A program made the translations under genes and the position numbers. From the NCBI GenBank assembly GCA_964522175.1, contig CAZFVC010000001.1:1-59540 (forward strand): a stretch of 59,540 bases of DNA, given 5' to 3'. This document shows, one piece after another, positions 9,426 to 18,888 of this stretch. The notes under the pieces were generated by a model. That model made no database searches, was not told where the DNA came from, and saw nothing but the letters and a program-made list of their open reading frames with translations. The DNA is from an uncultured Desulfurococcaceae archaeon. GTDB taxonomy: Archaea; Thermoproteota; Thermoprotei_A; Sulfolobales; NBVN01. Position 1 is the first letter of the stretch, and each line of letters opens with the position of its first letter.

Positions 9426-9476
9426 CAGGAAAATTTTTAATCATCATCGAATAAATATTTAACAGGGTGTGTTATA

Positions 9477-9935
9477 TTGGTTATTCTAGATTTAGATGAT
9501 ATTGATAAGAAACTTATAAATATTCTTCAGGAAAACGCTGATTTAACATATGCCGAGCTGGGACGTAAGTTAGGTATTAGCCCATCCACAGTGTATATGA
9601 GGGTGAGGAGGCTTAAGGAGAGGGGAATAATTAAGAGGGTTGTGGCTGAAGTCGCTCCCGAGATACTTGGCTATAACCTGAGGTCTTTGATATTTCTTGC
9701 TGTAGACATTAAGAAGTATAATAACATAGTTAAGGAGCTTCTGAAGATGCCTCAGATAAAGGTCATTTACGACATTACTGGGGAATGGAGTTTCGCGCTC
9801 GAGGTACTTGTGAAGGATCACAAGGAGCTTTCGGAACTGCTTGATAAGGTCGGCACTATTGATGGTGTGCAGCATACCTCAACAGCCGTCGTATTAAGAG
9901 TGATTAAGGAGGAGAGGAAGATATCACCGGACTAA
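9477..9935 (+). CDS. Lrp/AsnC family transcriptional regulator
   Basis: 152 aa. It has LDDIDKKLINILQENADLTYAELGRKLGISPSTVYMRVRRLKERGII (HTH) followed by a RAM-type C-terminal domain. Confidence 0.9.
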   Translation: MVILDLDDIDKKLINILQENADLTYAELGRKLGISPSTVYMRVRRLKERGIIKRVVAEVAPEILGYNLRSLIFLAVDIKKYNNIVKELLKMPQIKVIYDITGEWSFALEVLVKDHKELSELLDKVGTIDGVQHTSTAVVLRVIKEERKISPD

Positions 9936-9955
9936 TCCCTGTCTACGGCCACGGA

Positions 9956-10477
9956 TTGTTCACTGTGTGCCTGACGGGGGACATAATCGAGCAAATAATT
10001 TTTGAGTATATTGATGAGGAAGGGATTTATGAAGAGATTCTGTCTGACGAGGACCTTAGGCAGGAGGAGCTGAAGAAGATTAGGAGAAACATGCAGGCGT
10101 TCCTCGATGAGGAGATTGTGAAGATAAACGGGGTCGAGGTAAGGCCCATGGTTTTCCATGTGGATATAGGTTTGGCAGGATCCATAAACAGACCTTTCAT
10201 CAAGTATCTCATCAGATTCGCCGGTGATTTCAAGGAGGGCCTCAACATATATGAGAACATCTACGAACCTGAGGAGGCGGAGTATAATTACTCAGTTATA
10301 TGGGTTTTTCCTGAAGGTGCGCGCATAGTTGATGTAGATGTTGGAGTGACCTACTTTGTAGGTCCTTCAAACATTCTAAGGTTCTATGTGAGGAAAGGCT
10401 TCAAGACTTCTGGGGTTGAGAGGATTTCCTTCGTTCTTTCCGGAGTTCCCTCCAGTAGTACTGGAGAGGTGTCTTAG
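9956..10477 (+). CDS. Hypothetical protein (173 aa)
   Basis: TTG start and globular-looking composition. The last 77 nt overlap the 3' end of priL on the opposite strand. No family was recognised. Confidence 0.55.
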   Translation: MFTVCLTGDIIEQIIFEYIDEEGIYEEILSDEDLRQEELKKIRRNMQAFLDEEIVKINGVEVRPMVFHVDIGLAGSINRPFIKYLIRFAGDFKEGLNIYENIYEPEEAEYNYSVIWVFPEGARIVDVDVGVTYFVGPSNILRFYVRKGFKTSGVERISFVLSGVPSSSTGEVS

Positions 10478-11513
10478 TGCCGCAGTCAGCCACACACATA
10501 CCTAAAGTCTTCATTTTCTCGCAGCTATAGGTCATGTACTTCTTCCTGCTTCCCCTCAGCCCCGCAAGATGCTCTATCTGATACCTAGCTATCCTCTCAT
10601 TGAAGTCGGGGCTGTGCCTCATGAGGTCCAGAATGTAGTCGACGGAAGCACCTATGTTAACTAGGAAGGTAGCTGCTGCGAATCTCTGGTGGTGTGTGAG
10701 GTGCTCTCCTCGGAGCAGTGTTGAGAGAATTTCCTTTATGCAGGGCGGAAACACGTCCTCCCTTATCTCACCCATTAACTCCTCCTTAAACTTTTCAGAT
10801 TCCTGAGTAGTGAAACCCCTGACCTTCCTAACAAGTTCCCTGATGTTTTGAGCGGCCTCCACGAATTTCTCGTTAGTTATCTCCTCCACATACAGCCTCA
10901 TTTCATTTATGTATGCCTTCACAGCCTCCTCAAGAAGCCTAACCACCTCACGCCTACCTAGATACACGTAACCCTTCCTCAGAACGAGGTTGGTGAGCTT
11001 CCATTTAGGGTCGGTCCTAAGCTTTTCGGAAAGCTTCAAATATACAGGTATAGGCATCCTGAAGGGGTAGCACTCAATAACGGTTCTTCCGCTTCTAGGA
11101 TCCTCACCAACTACTGCTTCAAACCCACATCTATTAGTGTCAGTGGCCAAAAGCTCCATCTTTACGCCTAACCTCCTCCCAACAGCCTGAATAACTTCAT
11201 CCTTCTCTGAACGGAGGTACTCATTAGCCCTCTTCCCTTCATAATCCGCCAGCTTCCTCAAAGCCCATATATCGGCTAGAGCAGCAATCACTAAGGCAAG
11301 GTGAAACACAGCGACCTCCCTACCCTCATCTAGGGAAGGTCTGTAGGGTCGGTTAGTTATTGCTAACTCAACCCTCCTTAAGGCACCTTCGTAGTAGTCA
11401 GGAATGTCGATAAGGTCGTTTAGATCCACGGGGTAACTATAGAAGTGGCTGAAGTATTCCTTAACATCGATCAGGAAAGGATACTTCACGTATGTCGGCA
11501 GATCCTCCCTCAA
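10401..11513 (-). CDS. priL: DNA primase large subunit PriL
   Basis: 370 aa. It contains FPPCIKEILSTLLRGEHLTHHQRFAAATFLVNIG and C-terminal cysteines (YSCEKMKTLGMCVADCG), typical of the PriL Fe-S domain. Confidence 0.88.
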   Translation of the reverse strand: MREDLPTYVKYPFLIDVKEYFSHFYSYPVDLNDLIDIPDYYEGALRRVELAITNRPYRPSLDEGREVAVFHLALVIAALADIWALRKLADYEGKRANEYLRSEKDEVIQAVGRRLGVKMELLATDTNRCGFEAVVGEDPRSGRTVIECYPFRMPIPVYLKLSEKLRTDPKWKLTNLVLRKGYVYLGRREVVRLLEEAVKAYINEMRLYVEEITNEKFVEAAQNIRELVRKVRGFTTQESEKFKEELMGEIREDVFPPCIKEILSTLLRGEHLTHHQRFAAATFLVNIGASVDYILDLMRHSPDFNERIARYQIEHLAGLRGSRKKYMTYSCEKMKTLGMCVADCGTKTPLQYYWRELRKERRKSSQPQKS

Positions 11514-11594
11514 TTAATCACCTTTCCCACTAACAAGCAGTTATATACTTAATAACTTACTTCCGCAATTTTTCTGCTAGAGGAGGGGGATCAG

Positions 11595-13325
11595 TTGGGT
11601 AAGTGGGTAGTAACGTCGGCATGGCCCTACATAAACACAGTGCCTCACCTAGGCAACCTGGTCGGAAGTATACTGTCAGCAGATGTGTTCGCAAGGTTCC
11701 TCAGGATGATGGGTCATGAAGTAGTTTTCGTGAGCGGAAGCGACGAGCACGGGACACCGATAGAGATTGAAGCCATTAAGAAAGGTATAAGCCCTAAGGA
11801 CCTGACGGATCAGGCTCACGAATACGTTAAGAAAATGTGGGAGCTGTGGGACATATCCTTCGACAATTACACAAGGACTGAGACAGAGATTCATAAAGAG
11901 TTCGTTCAGGGAATAATGAAGGACATTCACGACAGAGGCTACTTCACCGTTAAGCCCCAGATAGTTCCATACTGCCCGAAGGAAGGGATATACCTACCGG
12001 ACAGGTTTGTTCAGGGCATCTGCCCTTTCTGCGGCTTCGAAGAGGCTAGGGGGGATCAGTGCGACGGATGTGGCAGACTCCTAGACCCTCAAGACCTGAT
12101 AGACCCTAGATGCGTTTTCTGCGGGACACGCCCCCACTTCAAGAAAAGGGATCACTGGTTCTTCAGACTTGATCTCCTAGAGAACGAAATTATTGAATGG
12201 ATCAGCAAGAATGAGAAGCTTGATCAGAACGTGCGTAACTTCACCGTATCATGGATCAGGTCAACCGGACTCACCCCTAGGGCAGTGACTAGGGATAACA
12301 GGTGGGGGATCCCTGCACCGTTCCCTGGAGCCTCAGATAAAACGATTTACGTATGGTTCGATGCCTTAATGGGTTACGTCTCAGCAACCATTGAGTACTT
12401 CCGTAATATTGGAGAGCCTGAGAAGTGGAGGGAGTTCTGGATCAATCCTCATGCGTCAACATCCTACTTCATAGGTAAGGACAACATCCCCTTCCATGCT
12501 GTAATCCTTCCCGCAATGTTCATGGCTAGCGGAAGGGGGTACAATCTACCCACCCTAATCTCCGCGACCGAGTACCTGATGTATGAAGGAAGTAAGTTCA
12601 CTAAAAGGAAGAGAATAGGTATTTGGGTGGATGAGGCCCTGAAGATAGTTGATGATGTGGATTACTGGAGGTACGCCCTCATTAGGATGAGGCCTGAGGA
12701 CAAGGACACGAATTTCAAGTGGTCCGAGTTCGTTAGGTTTGTGAATAATGAGCTCAATGACCACATAGGTAACTACATACACCGCGTGCTTACTCTTATC
12801 TTCAAGTACTTCCATGGCGAGGTTCCTGAACCTGAAGCCTTTAACGATGACGACTTGGAATTCGCCTCAGCCATTAAGAATCGCTGGAGAAGATATGTAG
12901 AGCTTATGTATAAGGCGAGGCTTAAGGCAGCGTCCGAGCACATAGTGGCTTTGGCTGAGGAGGGGAACAGATACCTGAATAGGAGGGCGCCATGGAAGGC
13001 TGTTAAGGAGAATCGTGGTGAGGCCGCCGCCATACTGTTCAATGCGTTCCGATGCGCCGCAGCCTTAGTATATATGCTTAAACCGTTAACTCCAAGATCC
13101 TCTCAGAGATTCGCTGAGATAATGGGCATTAAGAATGTGGAGTTCTCGGATGATGAACCTCCAAAAATAGATTCAGGTATAAGGATCTCTAAGCCCTCTC
13201 TCGTATTCCGCAAGCTACCTAAAGAGCTAGTGGAGAGTATGCTGGATGAAGGAAAGAGGGAGAAGCTGCTGGCTCAGGTCAAGGAGGAGGTATCTAAGGG
13301 CAGACCAGAATTCCTGAGGTTCTGA
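11595..13325 (+). CDS. metG: Methionyl-tRNA synthetase
   Basis: 576 aa. It has a HIGH-type motif (PYINTVPHLGNLVGS), a Cys-rich knuckle (CPFCG...CDGCG...CVFCG) and a KMSKS-like SKFTKRK. TTG start preceded by GGAGGGGGA. Confidence 0.93.
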   Translation: MGKWVVTSAWPYINTVPHLGNLVGSILSADVFARFLRMMGHEVVFVSGSDEHGTPIEIEAIKKGISPKDLTDQAHEYVKKMWELWDISFDNYTRTETEIHKEFVQGIMKDIHDRGYFTVKPQIVPYCPKEGIYLPDRFVQGICPFCGFEEARGDQCDGCGRLLDPQDLIDPRCVFCGTRPHFKKRDHWFFRLDLLENEIIEWISKNEKLDQNVRNFTVSWIRSTGLTPRAVTRDNRWGIPAPFPGASDKTIYVWFDALMGYVSATIEYFRNIGEPEKWREFWINPHASTSYFIGKDNIPFHAVILPAMFMASGRGYNLPTLISATEYLMYEGSKFTKRKRIGIWVDEALKIVDDVDYWRYALIRMRPEDKDTNFKWSEFVRFVNNELNDHIGNYIHRVLTLIFKYFHGEVPEPEAFNDDDLEFASAIKNRWRRYVELMYKARLKAASEHIVALAEEGNRYLNRRAPWKAVKENRGEAAAILFNAFRCAAALVYMLKPLTPRSSQRFAEIMGIKNVEFSDDEPPKIDSGIRISKPSLVFRKLPKELVESMLDEGKREKLLAQVKEEVSKGRPEFLRF

Positions 13326-13326
13326 C

Positions 13327-13752
13327 CTACTCGAAAAGGTTTTCCCCCAGAATAGCCATCGAGATCTTCACTAACGCTTCGAAAGTGTTTTCATCGACGA
13401 AGATATCCTTCCCTTCCACAATTATGGCCAATCCCTCGAGAGGATTAAGAGGTGGGTCGGGGAGGGCCGGGTCCGGCTTCTCCCTACCAACATAAATCCA
13501 TTTAAGCCTCGACCTCCTCCCTTCCTCATCCGCCGGGACCTTATATATTCTGTACCAGTAACGCCCGAAATACACGTATTTAACTTTCCTGCTCCCGAAC
13601 CGTTTATACACTAGGTGGAGAGGCTTCAGATAATAACCCGATTCTCTTATCTGGGTGTTATAGTCATATATCCTCAGCCTGTAGGGAGAGAACAGCTCCA
13701 TCACTAAGTCATAGCCGCCACTTATCTTTACGCTCTTAGGTGTCTTGACCAT
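13327..13752 (-). CDS. Hypothetical protein (141 aa)
   Basis: Aromatic and basic beta-rich core (KVKYVYFGRYWYRIYKV...LKWIYVGREKP). No family was recognised. Confidence 0.6.
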   Translation of the reverse strand: MVKTPKSVKISGGYDLVMELFSPYRLRIYDYNTQIRESGYYLKPLHLVYKRFGSRKVKYVYFGRYWYRIYKVPADEEGRRSRLKWIYVGREKPDPALPDPPLNPLEGLAIIVEGKDIFVDENTFEALVKISMAILGENLFE

Positions 13753-13772
13753 GGTCTCCGAAACATATCGTC

Positions 13773-14246
13773 TTAATGCAAAATATTAAGGTTTCTGCAT
13801 TCCGAATCATTTCTCCGCAGTCTCAGCCTGCGGACCTGCGAATACACCTCCTCCTTATATGCCTCCAGCTCCTCTGGAGGCACACCTTTCTCTGAAGCTA
13901 TCTTCTTTATCTCTTCCAGTACCAGGTCATACTTCTTGAACTTCTCGTTCAGCTCCTTCCACGGAATGCCCTTCAACGCCTTACCTATTCTCTCATCGTA
14001 TGTCAGAACCCCCTTCAGCATAAGTAGCGAGAGTATCGGGTAGCCAACGTAACCCCTGTAGACGGTGCCGTTATCTGTGCTGCATGCCTCCCTCTTCTCC
14101 GGATCCACATAAACCACGTAAGTTCTTTCACCTGTTGAGGAAGTGATTAATGCGTGATTATCGTCGATTAGTTTAATTCTTTCGTCAGCTATGGCCCCTG
14201 CCGCCTCCAGGACCTTTATTTTAGGTGGCCATCTGAGGTACTGCAA
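13773..14246 (-). CDS. Hypothetical protein (157 aa)
   Basis: TTG start and protein-like composition. It lies 20 nt upstream of the 141-aa ORF on the same strand. Confidence 0.6.
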   Translation of the reverse strand: MQYLRWPPKIKVLEAAGAIADERIKLIDDNHALITSSTGERTYVVYVDPEKREACSTDNGTVYRGYVGYPILSLLMLKGVLTYDERIGKALKGIPWKELNEKFKKYDLVLEEIKKIASEKGVPPEELEAYKEEVYSQVRRLRLRRNDSECRNLNILH

Positions 14247-14285
14247 CTAATACCCTTTAAACAGTTTCTCTATTTAAATAAAAAA

Positions 14286-14714
14286 TCAGCTCTCTTCCGA
14301 ACGTATCTTCTCTGCGTAGGCTTCAGGTGTCAGAAGCTTTGAGGTGTCGGGTGTTTCCTCAACCCTTATCTTGACTACCCATCCATCCCCGTAGGGATCC
14401 TTATTGATTAGGTCAGGTGTGTCGATGAGTGCTTCATTCACTTCAGCAACCTCGCCTGAGATGGGGGAGTATACGTCCTCAACTGACTTAACTGACTCTA
14501 GGGTCGCTACCGAGTCACCCTCATTAATTTTCGTGCCCGGCTCAGGAAGCTCAACACTGACAACATACCTAAGCTTCTTCTGCGCATAGTCCGTGATGCC
14601 TAGAGTAGCGATATCGCCCTCTATCTTGACCCACTCATCAGACTTTGTGTAGTGGAGCCCTTCCTTAACTAGGTACTCGCCAAGCTTAGTCTTCACGGTT
14701 ATGTCTGGCGCCAT
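14286..14714 (-). CDS. gcvH: Glycine cleavage system H protein
   Basis: 142 aa. The lipoyl-lysine motif is in VATLESVKSVEDVYSPISGEV. Confidence 0.92.
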   Translation of the reverse strand: MAPDITVKTKLGEYLVKEGLHYTKSDEWVKIEGDIATLGITDYAQKKLRYVVSVELPEPGTKINEGDSVATLESVKSVEDVYSPISGEVAEVNEALIDTPDLINKDPYGDGWVVKIRVEETPDTSKLLTPEAYAEKIRSEES

Positions 14715-14725
14715 TTTTTACCACC

Positions 14726-15835
14726 TTAAATTAATGGGAAGTCAAGTATTTTAGCTTCATGCATCACTCCCCTTATCTCGATGTCGAGTCTATACCCTAT
14801 ATAGGCATGGGAAGCCTTCACGTAACCCATACCTATCGAGCGCTTAAGCACAGGTGAGTAGGCCCCGCTAGTGACGTAACCCACCTCCTTACCGTCCACG
14901 AATATTTTATGTCCATGTCTCGCTATCGCCCTATCCTTCTTCTTAAGTGTGAACCCGATTCTGAACTTCTGTGCCCCCTTCACATAGTGCTCGTTCACCT
15001 TGTCGCAGCCTACGCATCCCTCCTTCCCTCTCGTTAGGGGGAGCCAGTACCTCGCCTCGATTGGGTTTGTTGATTCATCCATGTCCCCACCTATCAGGAG
15101 ATACCCCATCTCCAGCCTTAGGCTATCCCTCGCTATCAGACCTGCAGGCTTAGCTCCGAGCTCTAAAGCCTTCTCAAACACTTTTCTCCCATGATCTATA
15201 GTTGTCCAAATCTCGAATCCGTAGGAACGGACTTCCTCCCCAGTCCATCCTGACCTACTGACTAGCTTGACCTCTTCACCTAGAATCTCTGCGTTAGGCA
15301 CGAATTGAAGGATGCTCAGCTTCTTAGCTTCTGCGAAACCCATCTCCTCAAGAATGTCCGCAGATTTCGGACCCTGAATAGCGATTAATGCAGTCTTAAG
15401 GGTGACGTCCTCGATGAATACGTCGCTTTCTCTGTAGCCGAACCTCTCTCTAAGGCTCTCCAGCCATTCCTTATCCTTCTCAACGTTCGGTGCATTAACA
15501 ACAGCAAGCCATTCGTCGTCCGAGAGATAGTAAAGCATAATGTCGTCCTTTATCCCTCCTTCATCGTTAAGGAGGAGCACAGGTCCGCTCATGAATCCCT
15601 GCCTGAATTTCTTAAGGTCTTTACTGACGGCTTTCTGGAAGAACTCGAAGAGTTTACTTCCCCTTATCACATACCTGCCCATGTGGGAGACGTCGAAAGC
15701 TGTAGCTTCATTCCTAGTGGCGAGGTGTTCCTCCATAGGGTTCCCGTAATCCATCGCGGTCAGCCATCCCGCGAACTCACCTAAAGAAGCTCCATGTTTA
15801 CGTAAAGTGTCCAACAGAGGTACTTCCCTAACCAT
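14726..15835 (-). CDS. gcvT: Glycine cleavage system T protein (aminomethyltransferase)
   Basis: 369 aa. It has the GcvT-like pattern (HLATRNEATAFDVSHMGRYVIRG, ARDSLRLEMGY) and is adjacent to gcvH. Confidence 0.92.
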   Translation of the reverse strand: MVREVPLLDTLRKHGASLGEFAGWLTAMDYGNPMEEHLATRNEATAFDVSHMGRYVIRGSKLFEFFQKAVSKDLKKFRQGFMSGPVLLLNDEGGIKDDIMLYYLSDDEWLAVVNAPNVEKDKEWLESLRERFGYRESDVFIEDVTLKTALIAIQGPKSADILEEMGFAEAKKLSILQFVPNAEILGEEVKLVSRSGWTGEEVRSYGFEIWTTIDHGRKVFEKALELGAKPAGLIARDSLRLEMGYLLIGGDMDESTNPIEARYWLPLTRGKEGCVGCDKVNEHYVKGAQKFRIGFTLKKKDRAIARHGHKIFVDGKEVGYVTSGAYSPVLKRSIGMGYVKASHAYIGYRLDIEIRGVMHEAKILDFPLI

Positions 15836-15954
15836 TCAAATCACCGTGATAATTAGTTGCCGAACCGATAAATACTTAGGTAGGCGGATTACCTCACTTA
15901 CGTCAATAAACAGTTTTTACTGAGCCTTAATTTACACATCTGGCGATTAAAGAA

Positions 15955-17352
15955 ATGCCGCATGCATGGATACCTAATTCCTCACCCTCCATAAAGGAGC
16001 GGATGCTGCGGGAGATCGGGGTTCGCGACATTATGGAGTTGTTTAATGATGTCCCCCAACACCTAATACTCAGCAAAACCCCCGATGTAGGATTCGCTAG
16101 GCCGCTCACAGAAATAGAGGTCCGTAGGAAGTACAGAGAATTAATGGGGAAGAATATTCTTCCAGACCCATCGAAAACGTTTTTGGGCGGAGGTGTATGC
16201 ATTCACTACATCCCCGCGGCAGTGAAGTCCATTGTGTCTCGGTCAGAGTTCTTAACGGCCTACACACCTTACCAGGCCGAGATAGCTCAAGGCCTTCTAC
16301 AGGCTTTCTTCGAGTATCAAAGCCTTCTATCCGAGCTCTACGGGGTAGACATAGTTAACGCCTCCCTCTATAATGGAAGTACTGCCGCAGCTGAAGCCGT
16401 TAGGATGGTGAGGAGGGTTAGGAGAGGCCGGAGAAAGGTTCTTGTTGCAGGAAGTATTCATCCTGAGACGCTGGAAGTAATTAAGACATGGGTTATGGGG
16501 ACCGATGTTGATGTTAAGGTAGTTCCATTCGATCGTGAGAGAAGTGTAGTGACTCAGGAGAGTTTCGAGAAGGAGTTAAGCAGTGATGTGGCTGGCGTGT
16601 ACTTAGAGTCGCCTAATTTCTTCGGGGCGGTTGAGGAGGACATGCCCGCCATTATTGAGGCTACCCATAAGCACGGAGGTCTCGCGATTGTGGGTTCAAC
16701 ACCGATATCTCTAGGGGTGCTGGAGCCTCCGGGAGAGCTCGGGGCGGACATAGTTGTGGGGGATGCCCAGCCTCTAGGACTTGGCCTCAATTACGGCGGG
16801 CCCTCAGCAGGAATTTTCGGGATTAAGGATGAGAAGGAGTTGGTTAGGCAGCTTCCGGGGAGGTTGATAGGGGCAACCATCACGGCTGACGGGAGTGATT
16901 TAGGCTTCATGATGATTCTCCAGACTAGGGAGCAGCATATCCGCAGGGAGAGGGCAACATCCAACATAACTACGAACTCAGGTCTTGAGGCCATAGCCGC
17001 GGCTGTTTATCTTTCACTGCTGGGCTCCGAGGGCATCACTAATCTTGGGAAGGAAATCCTTGCAAGAACATACTATCTTATGAGAAGGCTACAGGAAACG
17101 GACGGTGTTGAAGCACCTGCCTTCACATATGAGGCATACTTCAGGGAAATACCTATCTCATTTAGCGGCCGAAACGCTAAGGAAGTTCTCAATGGATTGA
17201 AGAGACAGGGAATTTATGCAGGTCCACCACTCAGCAGGTTCTTCAAAGGAATGGCCGATAAATGCTTGGTGTGTGTGACGGAGGTTCACACAAGGAGGGA
17301 TATAGACGAGCTTGCGGAAGCTATAGCTAAGTCTGTAGGAGGTGGTAAGTAA
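15955..17352 (+). CDS. gcvPA: Glycine dehydrogenase (decarboxylating) subunit 1
   Basis: 465 aa. It contains TAYTPYQAEIAQGLLQAFFEYQ, typical of the P-protein alpha subunit. It is divergent from gcvT. Confidence 0.93.
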   Translation: MPHAWIPNSSPSIKERMLREIGVRDIMELFNDVPQHLILSKTPDVGFARPLTEIEVRRKYRELMGKNILPDPSKTFLGGGVCIHYIPAAVKSIVSRSEFLTAYTPYQAEIAQGLLQAFFEYQSLLSELYGVDIVNASLYNGSTAAAEAVRMVRRVRRGRRKVLVAGSIHPETLEVIKTWVMGTDVDVKVVPFDRERSVVTQESFEKELSSDVAGVYLESPNFFGAVEEDMPAIIEATHKHGGLAIVGSTPISLGVLEPPGELGADIVVGDAQPLGLGLNYGGPSAGIFGIKDEKELVRQLPGRLIGATITADGSDLGFMMILQTREQHIRRERATSNITTNSGLEAIAAAVYLSLLGSEGITNLGKEILARTYYLMRRLQETDGVEAPAFTYEAYFREIPISFSGRNAKEVLNGLKRQGIYAGPPLSRFFKGMADKCLVCVTEVHTRRDIDELAEAIAKSVGGGK

Positions 17353-18875
17353 TGTTCAGGCAGGCGAAATGGAGTGAGCCCCTACTATTCGAGATAGGCA
17401 AGGAGAGTAAAGAAACCTTCAGTATTGGTAAGGAGTTTGAAGAATACTACAGGGAAGCAGCATCTAAGATCCCTGAACCCCTCTTAAGGAAATCCAGGCC
17501 CAACATACCTAATCTCAGCGAGATTGAGGTTGTGAGACACTACACACGCCTCTCCCAGATGGCTTACGGAGTGGATCAAGGCCCGGTCCCGTTAGGCTCC
17601 TGCACAATGAAATACAACCCCAAAATCAATGAGGAGCTGGCCTCCCGCGACGAACTTGTGAACCTCCACCCATATCTTGAGGAAGAAGATGTGCAGGGCC
17701 TCCTCGAGATAATGTATCTTCTCCAGGAATGGCTTGCCCGCCTCACCGGAACTGATGCATGTTCTCTCCAACCTCCCGCAGGAGCTGCTGGAGAGCTCGT
17801 TGGTGCGTTAATCATAAAGAAATACTTGCAGGAGACAGGCTACGGAAATAAGAATGAGATGATTGTTCCTGAAAGTGCTCACGGAACAAACCCGGCAAGC
17901 GCAGTGATGGCCGGGTTTAAGGTAGTTCGAATACCTACTGATAAGGATGGGAACACAGATCTCGAAGCGATTAAGACAGTCGTGGGGGACTCGACTGCAG
18001 GCATAATGCTGACTAACCCGAGCACTCTAGGGCTCTTCGAGTCGAGGATAGTGGAGATTGCGGAACTTATTCACAAAGCTAACGGCCTGCTTTACTATGA
18101 CGGAGCAAATCTGAACGGAATTCTAGGTATTGTTAGACCAGGTGACATGGGTTTCGACATAGTGCATCTCAACCTCCATAAAACCTTCTCAACACCCCAC
18201 GGCGGTGGAGGGCCTGGCGGTGGTGCCGTATGTGTAAAGAAGCATATACTCAACTACCTGCCCGTACCCATAGTTGTGAAGGAGAACGGGAAATATCGCT
18301 TCAAGTATGACCTCCCAAACAGCATAGGTAGGATTAGCTGGTTCTATGGCAATATAATACCGATAGTTAAGGCCTTCCTCTACATAGCCACATTAGGTCC
18401 AAACATAAGGGAGGTCGCCGAGATCTCTGTTCTCAATACTAATTACTTCATGAAGAAGGTGTCGAGCCTGAGGGGAGTGTCACTCCAATATGGAGAGGGA
18501 AGGTGGAGGAAGCATGAGGTCGTGCTCAGCTTCGACAGACTCCATAAAGAGACAGGTGTGAGCGCAGAGGATGTGGCTAAGGCATTACTTGACAGAGGAT
18601 TCCACGCACCCACAATTTACTTCCCCCTCATAGTCAGTGAGGCTCACATGGTGGAGCTAACTGAGACAGAGAGTAAGGAGAATATAGATGCCATGATTAA
18701 CGCCTACACGGAAATTGTTAAGCAAGCCTACGAAGACCCTGAGAAAGTGAAGAAAACACCCGTAAATACTTCCGTACATAGACTTGATGTCTTGGTAGGT
18801 AATCACCCGAAAACCTATACTCCGACCTATAAGTATCTGGAGAGGGTCAGATCGTTACTTAAGAATAAGAAATAG
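17352..18875 (+). CDS. gcvPB: Glycine dehydrogenase (decarboxylating) subunit 2
   Basis: 507 aa. It has the PLP-lysine motif HLNLHKTFSTPHGGGGPG. Its start overlaps the gcvPA stop (TAATG). Confidence 0.93.
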   Translation: MFRQAKWSEPLLFEIGKESKETFSIGKEFEEYYREAASKIPEPLLRKSRPNIPNLSEIEVVRHYTRLSQMAYGVDQGPVPLGSCTMKYNPKINEELASRDELVNLHPYLEEEDVQGLLEIMYLLQEWLARLTGTDACSLQPPAGAAGELVGALIIKKYLQETGYGNKNEMIVPESAHGTNPASAVMAGFKVVRIPTDKDGNTDLEAIKTVVGDSTAGIMLTNPSTLGLFESRIVEIAELIHKANGLLYYDGANLNGILGIVRPGDMGFDIVHLNLHKTFSTPHGGGGPGGGAVCVKKHILNYLPVPIVVKENGKYRFKYDLPNSIGRISWFYGNIIPIVKAFLYIATLGPNIREVAEISVLNTNYFMKKVSSLRGVSLQYGEGRWRKHEVVLSFDRLHKETGVSAEDVAKALLDRGFHAPTIYFPLIVSEAHMVELTETESKENIDAMINAYTEIVKQAYEDPEKVKKTPVNTSVHRLDVLVGNHPKTYTPTYKYLERVRSLLKNKK

Positions 18876-18888
18876 TTTTTACATTATC

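Noticed and set aside
9426-9476. GATGATGA on the minus strand, between PCNA and lrp
   Set aside because: The following 12 nt are TTAAAAATTTTC, an implausible guide. The D' box would be CTGT, and no D box follows. The motif probably occurs by chance in an AT-rich spacer.
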